Of a stretch of 63,181 nucleotides of DNA, positions 27,775 to 39,700 are shown piece by piece. The DNA is taken from the IMG/VR virus record IMGVR_UViG_3300020042_009799, positions 1 to 63,181 of that record. One strand, 5' to 3'. The translations under genes and the position numbers were made by a program. This DNA is from a virus. Lineage: Duplodnaviria; Caudoviricetes. Under the pieces are notes generated by a model. The model was given only the letters and a program-made list of their open reading frames with translations. It was not told where the DNA came from and made no database searches. Numbering within the stretch: the first letter of the stretch is position 1; each line of letters begins with the position of its first letter.

Positions 27775-30700
27775 ATGCCCGACACATACACCGACTGGTC
27801 CGCCAAGAATCCGATTACCGACCCAGTCGAATCGCTTCGTAGTTTCAACGATTACAGCCGCGCCGAATACCTCCGCGCAGGCCAGCTCACACCAGAGCTG
27901 AACGAAGAGATGGACAACAATGCGTTTCAGTTCGCAGTAGAGAAAGGGTTGATTCCCGCTCCTGCCGACGAAGCCGCTCTTCAGGAATCCTTAAAGTCCT
28001 TCGTCCTTCGCCCGCAGTCGGACAGCGTCCTCGCCCTTGCAGGCGATAAGCTTTCGGACGAAGGCAACAACGAAGGCGCACTCAAGGTCAGAGGCTACCT
28101 CGCTGCGAAGCGTCAGGCGGGCACCCCGACCGTTACCGATCAGGAAGAGTACGCAACCCGTCTCGAATCCCTCCGCAAGGAAGCGGAGCCTTTCTTGGAT
28201 GAGAACTCCCTGAACAACGCGAAGCGTTACGCAGTCACCACTGGCAAGGCGAAGTTCGCCACCGTGATCGAAGATGGTCGCTACCGCGTGATCGCCGACC
28301 CAGCCCTCGGAGAACTGGACGACGCCACGATCGCCGCGTACGCCTCGGCCAACCCGGACCTGATCGACAGCCGTGCACTGCCACAGATCCAGCAGTCCTT
28401 CCGCAAGATCCCCGGGCTTGACGTAACTCCTGCCCAGCTGGAGCGCAAAGGCGACATCAAGGCACAGATGCTGGCACTCGCCAACCGCGACCCGGATGCG
28501 ATGCGATATCTAGAGTCTGCGGTCAAGGGCTTCAAGTCGGACAACCGGACTACCGGCAAGAAAGTCACCAGCGGAGTCCTTGCAGTCCCGGCGTTTGCCG
28601 CTGCCGCAGTTGGGTCCGTGCTGTCCCCGTTACTTGGAGCCGGTTTGCAAGGTGAGAGCCTGTTGGACAAACTGTCCAACATCCCCTCTCAAATGGGCAA
28701 GAATCTGGATGCCCTTGGCGGAGACGGAGTGCTCCCAGAGTCTGTAGATGTAGTTGCGCACCGCTTGTCTGGTTCCGAGCTTGGAAAATTCGCCACCACA
28801 CCCGAGATCGCAGAAGCTGTCCGCGACTTTGCCATTACTCGTGGTGTGGACTCGGTTGAGTTCGATGAGAAGAATCCGACCTCTGCGGCCCGCCGCCTAT
28901 CCACCGGGATGTACGCGATCCCGAAGCGTATTCAGGTCAACAAGGATCTCTTCAACAAGACGCTCGAAGCCTTGCCTGTCACCAAGGATCAGAAAGCCCT
29001 GATGACTCAGGAGCGTGACGCCAACCTCGACGCCTACGCCAAGGAGCTTATCCCGCAACTGATCCAAGCAAAAGGAAGTCTCGCCGATGTGTACCAGACT
29101 GCAAAAGACGCAGGCAAGTCGGACGGTGAGATCGTTGAGCAGATCGCCGCAAGCGGAGATTACAACGGCGCAATTAACCGTCTGGAGAGTTTTGGTATCT
29201 CGGTAGGGCGAATTCTTACGGACCTTATTCCAGCTATCGGCGCGCTTACTCCCGGCTATCTTGGTAAAGGCATCAAAGATATAGGATACTCTCTCAGTCG
29301 AGATCTCAGTAGCGAGCAGGCTGCTAACTCCGCATTGGCTGGAGTCTTTGGAAAAGATTTCGGTTGGGGCCAACAGCTTGTCGAGCAGACGCCGCAGCTT
29401 GTCGCCAACATCTTAGTGTCTCGTGGTATGGGTAGCGCTGCTGGAGCTATTGGACGGGGTCTTTCCTCTGGCGGAAAGATCGCTGCCAGATCGTTGCTCG
29501 GAGCTGAAGCCGCAACTACTCTTGCAAACTTCACGCAACGCACAGCGGGCCGCGCTGTGTCTGTTGTCGGAAAGACTGTGGCAGATGACTTCGCCAAGGC
29601 GCTCAAGGCAGCCCCGAACGAGATCGGCTGGCTTACCTCGCAGGGTGCCAGCGTGTTTGGCTCCACATACTCCAGCACCCGCAGTTCGCTGGAAGCCCAG
29701 CGCGCGCCAGACGGCTCCAAGAAGTTTACCTCCGAGCAGGTGGAGAACATGTCCACCGAAGCGGCGGCTCTCTCTGCCTTTTGGTCGAATGTGATCACGC
29801 TTGGCATGAACCGCATCGGCGGCGGCAAGCTGGCTGGTGTGGAAACCCTCGCTACTGGCCGTGGCGTTAGTATGGGTAAGCTGAAGTCCTACTACGACGA
29901 CGTGGTGAAGGGCGTCGAGAAGCTCGCCCCCGAAGTCCGTTCGCAGATCAGCCTTGCTGACTTTGACACCTTCGCCCGCGATGTGGTGAAGACTGCCTTG
30001 TCCCCCGCAAAAGGAGCAATCTTCGGAGGACTTGGCGAAGGCGCAGAAGAGTTCATCCAGAACATTGCCAGCGACGTGGTTCAGTCCGCAGTCACCGGCA
30101 AGAACTTTGACCTGACCGACAGCGCCCGCGCTGCGGGCCTTGCCGCGTCCTTTGGCTTAGCCCTCGGCAGCGGCAGCAAGGGTGTGGAACTCCTCGAACA
30201 GAAGTACCGCACAGACCCTGCCTATCAGCAGGCCGAGTTCGAGGCGAGCTATCTGTCCCGCACAATCGACAACCTCAAGGCGAACGGTGCTCCGGCTACG
30301 GCGACCTTCCTTCAGCGTCAGCTTGACCTCGCCCAGCAGAACAAGGAGACCATCCGCACCCGCCTCACGCAGTTTGCTGCGGACGAGGAAGCCGCGGCAC
30401 AGGCACAAGTTGCTGCCGACGCGGAGGAGTTTGATGTGTTCGAACGACGCGCCGCTAGAGATGCAAAGCTTATCCCTGTTGTTGGTCCTGCGATTTTTAG
30501 AGCCAACGGGCAGTATGAGTTCCCGTTCATGTCCCGAGCTGTAAATCTCGGCACAAGCGAAGAGGCTACCCCACCCCCTCAAGAAGCCGCCAACTACGAG
30601 CAGGCTGAGCTAGGTTTTGGACCTCCTCAAAACTTGGTCTCTTCTGAAGGCCCCGCTGTCGAGCGCGCCAACGGGCAGTTTGAGTTCCCTTTCATGGCAC

Positions 30701-33700
30701 GTTGGCTGGACCTCGGGTTTACTCCGGGCACTTCGCCAGTACCCCAAGCCAACTATGTGCAGGCAGAGTTGCCACTCGGAGAAGAGCAACAGCCACCACT
30801 TATCAGGAATCACGAATCCGAGTCACTTATCCTGATTCAGGAATCCACTACTCCTGAACAGCGCACCGCTTTTGTCGAAGCCGCTCCCCGCGCCCGCCAG
30901 CAGCGGTTCGCCAACATCGGCGCTGAGGTCGAGAAGATTGACGCGCGCCTCGCTGCTCTGGATCGGGGATTGGCACAGCTCAAGGAGCAAGTGTCTGCGG
31001 AGACTGCAGCTACTGAGCAGGAACTGTTGGCCGAAAAGGTCGAACTCGAAACCGATAAGGCCGATCTGCTTGATCTCGCAGTAGGCGAGATCGTCGCCCC
31101 GCTCGCAAGCCCTGCTGAAGTTGAAGCGGTGATCGCCGCCGCCACGGTCGAAGTTCCCGCACCTGCGGCAACTGAGAAGCCTGAGACCACTGCCGCCAAG
31201 AAGAGAGTCTCAAGGGCTCGCGCCGTGCAAGCAGTCGTGGAAACTCTTGAGAACTCCGAGAATCCTGAAGCGTTGCTCGCCGCTGCCGAGGAAGCCGCTG
31301 CCGCGACTCCTGCTGACCCGGAGACCGCCCCAAAAACTTTCGTCTATCGCTCCACCCGCCGACGTGACAATGCGCCCACCCCAGAAAACATCCAACTCGA
31401 AGCTCCAGCAGCTACTGTCGAAGCCGCCCCCATCCCCGGAGTGGTTGAAGGAAATGCGGAAGCAAGTGTCGAAGAAAACGTCTCGCCCCGCTCGATCCTA
31501 GACGAAGTCATCGCCATGCAGGCCGCGGCCAAGGCGAACAAAAAGAAGCTGCGTCAAGCTGCTGCCGACAAGGTAGCCGAGGAATCCGCCAAGTTCACCA
31601 GAAAGGACGTCGCCCCGCTCCTTGATACGGCCAGCCCTAAAGTTGACCTCGGCCTCAATCAGACAACGCACTCCCGCTTGACGGACACGAACTCCGAGAG
31701 TGGATTTTTGACTCCTCAGGACTATACCCTGTTTCAGGATCTACTGGCGCGCGGCGTTGTTCCACGCTTAGATCAGGTAAGCACCATGCTAAAGAGCAAC
31801 GGTTCCTACGGTGACAACAGCTACGCACAGCCCTTCTATGGATCGCTGAAAGCACAAGTCGAAGCGGTCTACCCAGTGTACGAAGCTCCGGCGCAGCCAG
31901 AGAATTTGACGGTAGATCCAGAAATCCTGTACCCGCTCAACGTCCGCCTAAGCTCGATTGGTCAGCGCCTTCAAGCCACCAAGGAGATCCTCGAAGCGCG
32001 TATTGATTCTCTTGTTGCCGAGCGGAACTACAAAGAGAACCGGACGCGTCTCAAGCATCTACGTGATGCCGTCACCAGAATCGACTACCAAATCGCCGAC
32101 CGCATGAGTACTGGCGATTACCAGCTGATGCGGAAACCGGAATCCGGTGAGATCCGCAAGGCGAAGCGAGAACTTTCAGTGCGCGGTCGTCGCGGCGGAG
32201 GTGGTCCCAAGCAGATCAAGCTGGCTGTTAAGGTTAGCGATGAAGGAGAGGTAGTTGGTTTTCATACCAACGATCTATACATGACTGCGTGGCTCCTCAA
32301 TAACAACTTCTCTATCTTCGTCCCGAAGAACCAGCGCGCGGAGGTCAACCCAAATATTGACGTCAGCAAAAACGGTCATGTACAATCCGTCACTCTTCCT
32401 GATGGGCAAGTAGTAAACAAGGCAGGGGACTTGAACGGCCCTATCGGTAAATACTTGCCGGAAGAGCTGAAGAGCTATGACGTAGACGGTAGAACAGTGT
32501 ACCCGTACTTCGAGTTCACCAACGCACTCCCAGAGGTACCACGCAACCTGACCCGGTTGCTCGGCGCTACCCCACAAGGTAACAAGTCCTCAGGAAACAT
32601 CGCCCTCGCAGAGAGCGAGTGGATTACTGAAGCGCAGATTGTCCTATACAACAGCACGAAAGGCAGCGCCTTGGCCGGAGTAGAGGCTACTCTCGCTGCG
32701 GCACAAATAGACCCCAGTGATTTTGCTTTCGCTGTAGTAAACCGCTATCGCCGAAATCTAAGGGAGTTCACACTAGCCATCCGCATAGAAGAGAAGCTGT
32801 CCGCGGGCGAGGACTTCGTCAAATTCCTATCTAAAGAGATCGGAGATTTCGCTAAAGACGCCCTCGTAAAAGCGTACAGCCAAAAGGCGAAGACCAAGCT
32901 GAACGAGTACCAAGCCCTGAAAGCCTATGGCGAATCCTTGCTACGGGAACTTCGCGGCGAGGTGAAGGACGACGGAGGAAGTACGCGCTTCTTCAAGAAA
33001 GAAGGAGACGCTATGGTCCAAAAGCCAAACGCGCTAGACACGATCATCGCGCAGCTGGCCAGAAAGTACTCCCACGGAATCGGGATTCGGGATAGCTATG
33101 TGGACCCCACTGCCCGCATTGAAGACGCGGATACTCCGGAGTTGCTTTCGCAGGCAGACGCAGACGATCTCGCTGCTAGCATGTATAGCAGCCTTGGGGG
33201 CGCTACCTTGCTGGATATCGAAATCGCTCCAGAGGAAACTGAAGCTGAAGCTGCCCCGGAAACTGCCCAGTCGGTTCTTCGATCCGTCATCAGCAACGTG
33301 GACGCCAACCCGCAAACCCGCAAGGCATTCGAGAGAACAGCTGCTATGCGTGGTGTGACCAACGCTGAATCCCTCCCAACGGAAACGCTTATTGACTTAG
33401 TTCGCAATGAGGTATCCGAGGATATTGCTAAGGCTGTTGACAGAGCAATGTATATCCTACGTGGAGGTACGGATAAAGAACAGGCTGCGCTGCGCGCTAC
33501 CCAAAGCAGCGAAGACGGAGAAGAAGCGGTGGCGAAGTCCATTGCCATAGCGAACAGGATTAAAGAGAATAAGGCAGTAGCGGCTCTTCTAGAGAAACAG
33601 CGACTGGCTGGCGTATTCCTTGATACTGCAAAAAAAGACATACTCCGCATCCTATCGTCTAATCTACCATACGGAGCGCGAATGGAGACGAATACGTCCG

Positions 33701-36700
33701 CGGAAGCAGACGATAGTCAGAACGCTAGATTGGAAGCTTTATTTGAGCGCAACCCATTCGCCAAGTTGGTGCGCGAAGTCGGCGCATCAGCAGCTCTTGA
33801 AATAGTCGGACAAAGAGTTTCCACGCAAGCAACGCTAGCTGGTGCATTAACACGCGTTAACGCGCTGATAAACACGCCGGAAAAACGCGCTGCTTTTGAA
33901 CAAGCGCAGAAGTATCTTTTTACTTCGAGGGCTATAGCAGACCGCCGCGTGGTTAAGGCATCTCTCCAACCAATCGCCGACTTCGAAGCCTTCGTTCGTG
34001 AACAAGCCGCACAGGTTGGCCTTCAGCAGGACATCGCCTCCAAGCGTGCGGGCGACCGTGCAGCCAAGTCCCGTGAGCTTTCTCCTGAAACGGCAGAGCT
34101 ACTGAGGCTTGTCCTTCCGTCTACCCCGGGACCTAGTGGCACAGTAGTCTCCCGCCCGGTTCCTGATAGGCTATTTACTCCCGAGCAGCCGCAAGGCGTG
34201 GAGGCTATCCCGAGAGAAACCACGCGGGAATCAGGAGTCGCGCCAATCACGCTGGAATCTGGAACCCCCTTCACCCGTGAACAACTGGAAGCTGTTCTGA
34301 AAAGAACGCGAGATGCCCAGAACAGCGAAAGCTTTTCTGAGCAAAAGCGCGATCAGATGCGCCGATACGCGGACATGCTTGAGTCAAAGCTGTCCAACAA
34401 AAGGAGGCAAAACTTCAAGGTAGGTAAGGACATCGAGGCAGTCTTCAAGTCGATTGCAGTTCCGGGCGACCCGGCCACCAACCTCCGCAACAACCTGATC
34501 GACGCGGATACCCTTGGCCTGCGCGGCGGAAGCATTCTCTCTGCCATCGAAGCCCTCGACAAGGTACCAGTCCGCCTGCGGGAAGTCGCCGCACTCCTCA
34601 AGGAGTCGCGAGCGATCCTCGCCAAGGCGAACATCGAAATCGTCAACCTCCCCAACACCGGTTGGGCTGGCAAGTACTCACCTGAGTCCAACACGATCTT
34701 CCTCAACCTCGCCGCTTCCAACGGACGTGGGCTGGCTGACGTGCTGGTTCACGAGATGCTCCACGCGGTCACTGTCTCGGTGATCAAGAACCCGAACTCC
34801 GCTGCTGCCCGCGCACTGGTGACGAAACTCGACGCCCTGCGCGGACGCATCAAAGCGGCGTACAAGGGAGACTCGCAGCAGGTGCTAGAAGGTCTTGCTT
34901 CTCTTGAGGAGTTTGTCAGCTACGCTTTCACCTCCCCGGATTTCCAGAAGGCGATCTACGAAGCCGCCCCAGAGCGCAACTTCTTCCGCCGCTTCATCGA
35001 CTTCCTCACCCGCTTCCTGACCGGCAATCCGACCGACCAGCTCTCCAAGACGCTGAACGATCTGACCAAGCTGGTTGGCATGGCGAACATGCGCCCCTAC
35101 GGCACACGCATCAGCGAAGATGTGGCGATGTCCCGGGATCAGCAGCGGACCAAAGAGTTGTATTCCTTGGCTATCGAGACCGGAAGTCGCTCTGACGTCG
35201 CAGCCCAGCTGACCGAGCTTGACAAGAAGTATCTAACCGCCGTGGAGCGCGGCGACATGGAGGCGGCGCAGCGGATGGTCGATGAAGCTGCACGGGCTGC
35301 GGGGTATAGCGAGCAAGTTTACTATCACGGCACTAAGAGTGGGGAGTTCTTTGTATTCGACAACCAGTTCGCCGGATCGAACTACGGACCTGCTTACGAG
35401 ATCGGCAAGGGGTTTTACTTTGCGCCCGAATACACCACAAGCCGTACATACGCAGAGCAGGGCCAGCCATTCGGCGGTAGAGTTATCTCGGCTAAACTAA
35501 AGCTGGGAAATAATCTACAGCTAGATGGCTTGTCGCTCGAACAAGCACAACAAGTTCTGCGCGAGTTCAGCTCCGCAATGGGCGATAGCTTCACGCCTGA
35601 CAACGCGGCGAACCCAACGCGGTTGCAGGCAAATGTTAGGAACACATTTTCTCCCCGTATCAAGGAGCGTTCCGACGGAACCTATGGCGTGCAACTGAGT
35701 GTAAACAACACTCGGTTCAGCAACGCATTCGGGTATGGAATTGAAGAGGTATTCCGCCGCATGGGCTACGATTCGGTTAGTGACGGATGGCAGACAGTAG
35801 TGTTTGAACCCAGCCAAATCAAATCCGCAGACCCAGTCACCCGCGACGGCGCAGGCAACGTGATCCCGCTCTCACAGCGGTTCAACCCTGCCTCTGGAGA
35901 CATCCGCTACTCCCAATCCATTGAGGGTGGGGGCCTAGGAGATGCTTCATTGATGTCTTCCCTTCTCACCCAAGAATCCCCATCAGGAATCACGATTCGC
36001 TTCGACGAATCAGCAAGAGGGATGATGGTCGCCCGACCCGATACTCCTGATACGGTGTTCGTGAATCCGCAGCTGCTCGCCCGGGCGATCGAAGGACTCA
36101 GCGAGTTCAACGCTCGTCGCTTTGTGCGTGCCGCAGTCAACCACGAGATCGCCCACCTCGCCGCGTTCAGCGCGTTGTCGGAGGCAGACATCGACTACAT
36201 CGCCCTGAACCTGACGCCAAGCCAGCTGTGGGAAGTGGCAGATCGCTACTACTCGGCGACTGTCTCCGACGCAGCTGCTCGGTTCGAAAGAATCCGGGAA
36301 GACCGCGCCGCCGGAAAGCTCAGCATCCGCGAGCTGGCCGACGAGTTCGTCCGCATGGAACTTGAGAAGGCCCGCAGCGGCTTCATCAGCGAGAGCGACT
36401 ACTCCTTCTATCGCCGCAACCCCGGCATGCTTTCCCGCATGCTGCGCGCGCTCGAAGCGTTCATCGCCAAGCTGACCACCCGCATCCGCGGCATCGAAGA
36501 CAGCGAGATTGCTGCGTCGGTGCAGCGCGCCACCCGGGTCTACAACCAGATGGTATCCTCCGCTGAGCCGAACGGTTTCGAGGAGCAGCTCAACGTGCTT
36601 CGCCGTGACGATGTCACCGGACGCTTCAGCCTGCCGATCGAAAACTACGGCAAAAACTCCTACGACGTGGGAGGCAAGTTCAGCCGCCTGTTCAAGGGCG

Positions 36701-39700
36701 ATCTGCCAAGTGCCATCAGGGCGCTGGTCGGAACCCGTGACAACCAGCTGCGTCTGGTGGCCCGCATCTCGGAACAGTTCAACAACCAGATGCAGGCGTT
36801 CATCAAGTCCGGAGTCGTCAACGACGAGAACCTGACGCTGGTTCGCAACGCAATGGGCGACACCGGACTGGTGATCTCCAAGGCGCGCATGGCCCAGATC
36901 GAAGCGGTGCTGGATGGCGAGATCACGAACATCGAGAAGGCGTTCGAGGATTCCGCGAAGACTGAATCGGACAAACTGATTCATGATAAGGGGATTGCTG
37001 ATTCGGTTGCGCGCCATAAGGATCGCGTGGTCAAGGAATATCAGCTGGTCGCCGACAAGGCCCGCGCCGCAGCTGCCGAGGCGAAAGCCAAGCTGCCGCC
37101 GAAGGTGGTCAAGGTGATCGAGGACGCACGCGCCGCGATCGACAAGGCTTCCGGAAAGATCGCCGCCAACCCGTTCACGCCGGATGACATCCGCATCGTG
37201 ATCGACGCCAACATGGGGATCTACCTGACCCGCTCCTACTACGCCTTCACGCAGACTGGCTGGACCAAGCTGCTGAAGTCCGCTGGTATCGCGCAGGTCG
37301 GCAACGCCACGATCGACTTCCAGAAGATCCGCGACAACGCCCTGAAGCACTACACCAACAAGGCCAGCAAGAAACTGGAAGCCGAGATCAAGAAGGCGCA
37401 TCCGGAGTTCTCGCCAGCAGAGGTCAAAGCTGCGGTCCTGCGTGACACGCCCGCCCGGGCTCAGGTCATGTTCGATGAGTTCGTCGCCAGCATGGACAAG
37501 AACGCGGCGGATCTCGCTGCCGGGCAAGTCCTCGCAGTGGATGTCGAGAAAGCACTGTTCGAGGAAGGGTCCACGGAACCAGCAGTACGCACTGCCCGCA
37601 CCAATGAATTGCGTCAGGAGCTTAGCCGCTTCGCCGAGAAGAAGGAGCTGCCCGAGTGGCTGCGTCAGGCCCTCGGCGAAATCACCGACCCTATCGAAGC
37701 GGCAACCCGTTCGCTGATCAGCGTCTCCAAGCTCGCAGCCAATCAGGACCTGCTGACAAGCACGCTTGAAGCTGGACTTGATGGGGGCTGGATCACCAAG
37801 GACCCGGTCGTCGCCGACCAGAAGGGGTACATCAAACTCTCCGGGGCGAACCCGGCGTACGACGCTCCGCTCGACGGAGCCTATGGTCCGCCCGAGTTCA
37901 AGAAAGCGTTCGACACGATCTTCTCGAAAAGTTCCCCTGAGCTGGAAGATACTGCCGATCAGGCGGTGCGGAACGGCATCAAGATCCTGAGAGCAACCGC
38001 AGGCGGCGCAATGGCTTCAAAGACCCTGCTGTCTGTCGGCTTCTACCCCCGCAACGCGGCCTCAGACTTTGGGTTCTTCGCCCCACTGCAAGGCGTGCTG
38101 CTCAACCCATTCAACTTCAAGCGTTGGTTCCAGTCGAAGGGCGCGGCATTCGCCAAGAGCCCCGGTGAGCACGAGGCGTACATCCGCGAGCTGATCGAAC
38201 TCGGCGTGCTTGGCGATGACTCCGGCACGCAGGCGCTGCGCGATCAGATTGCTGGCCTCGCCACGGACGCGGAAGCCGCACTCAACAAGGTGGAGCGCAG
38301 CGCGCTCGCCGCACAGGGCGAAGCTTTCTGGAAGAAGGCGGGTGGAGTCCCATCCAAGATCCTGTCTCTTGGGGCGGACCTGAACAACACGATCTCGTCC
38401 AACCTCCGCATCGGCATGTTCGAGCACGAGCTTGCAGTTCTGCGCGAAGCCTACAAGGGCGACGAGACTTGGACGGAAGCACGCCTGAAAAAAGAAGCCG
38501 CCGCGAAAGTCCTGCGCACCACGCAGACCCACTCGCAGGTCTTCCCAGTGGTCACCAGCTTCACCAAGTCCGGTCTCGGTTCCCTGATCGCGCCGTTCGC
38601 CCGCTTCAAGGCGGAGGTCGCCCGCGTCATGATCGAGACAGTCAAGCTCGCCAGCGAGGAACGCGCCAGTGACAACGAGATCATCCGTAAGCGCGGCAAC
38701 CAGCGCCTTGCTGGTTTCCTGACCACTCTCACCCTGATGCCGCTTACTGTGGCAGGCGTAGTCAGCCTCGCTTACGCCGCTGCTTTCGGAGACGACGAGG
38801 ACGTCACAGCGGACAGCATCCTGAACTACTTCCTGCCGCGCAACGGCGATGAGCTTCGCCGCGACCAAGCCCTGCGCGAGGGCCTCGCCGATTGGCAGAA
38901 GGGCAACACGGTCTACTTCACACAGGTGGGCGACAAGATCCGCGCGTTGGACATGACCTTCATCAACCCGACCGCGGTCTACACTGACCTGATCATGCGG
39001 TCATATGAACTGATCCGCACTGGTAAGGAAGCGGAGATACCCGCGGTAGCCGCGAAATGGGTGACTGGCCAGCTGATCGGCGACCAGATCGCGATTGGTG
39101 CGGCGATGGAAGCGTTCAACAACAAGGACGAAAAAGGCAACCCGATCACCACGGGGGACACTCCTTTCCTTGAGGCACTGGTTGCCCGCACTACCTATGC
39201 GCTAAGCCAAGGCTACAAGCCACCCGTAGCCAACTTCGTGCAGAACTTGATGTCGGGCGAGAAGGGTTCCCGCAAGCCAGTGACCGAGGACGACAAGGCC
39301 AGCAACCGCCTTGAGATCTTTGCTGGAGAAATGTTCGGAGTTCGTCCCCGCGTTGACGATGTCAGCGTCTACCACAACCGGGCGATCCGCAGCGCGGCGC
39401 TGACCTACTCGCAGTCCCGCCGGGCAACCGGAATCCTGAAGTCCCGCTCACCGCTTGACGCGGATCAGATCACCGAATCAATTCAGAAAGCCAACCGCGC
39501 ACGGGTCGCCGCATTCGGCACCGCCGCTGAACTGATGCGGGCATACGAGAACATGGGCATGACCCGGGGTCAGCTGTTCAGCGCAAGCAATGAGGCCGGG
39601 CTCTCCAAGGATCGACTGAACAAGGCGCTGAACAATATCACCGACCGCTGGACTCCGTCTCGCGAGGACTCGAAGGAGATCTACGACGCAGGCCAGAAGG

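Noticed and set aside
36010-37527. 505-aa antisense ORF (also 53872-55005 and 57830-58915)
   Set aside because: Shadows of GC3-biased sense genes with no recognisable motifs
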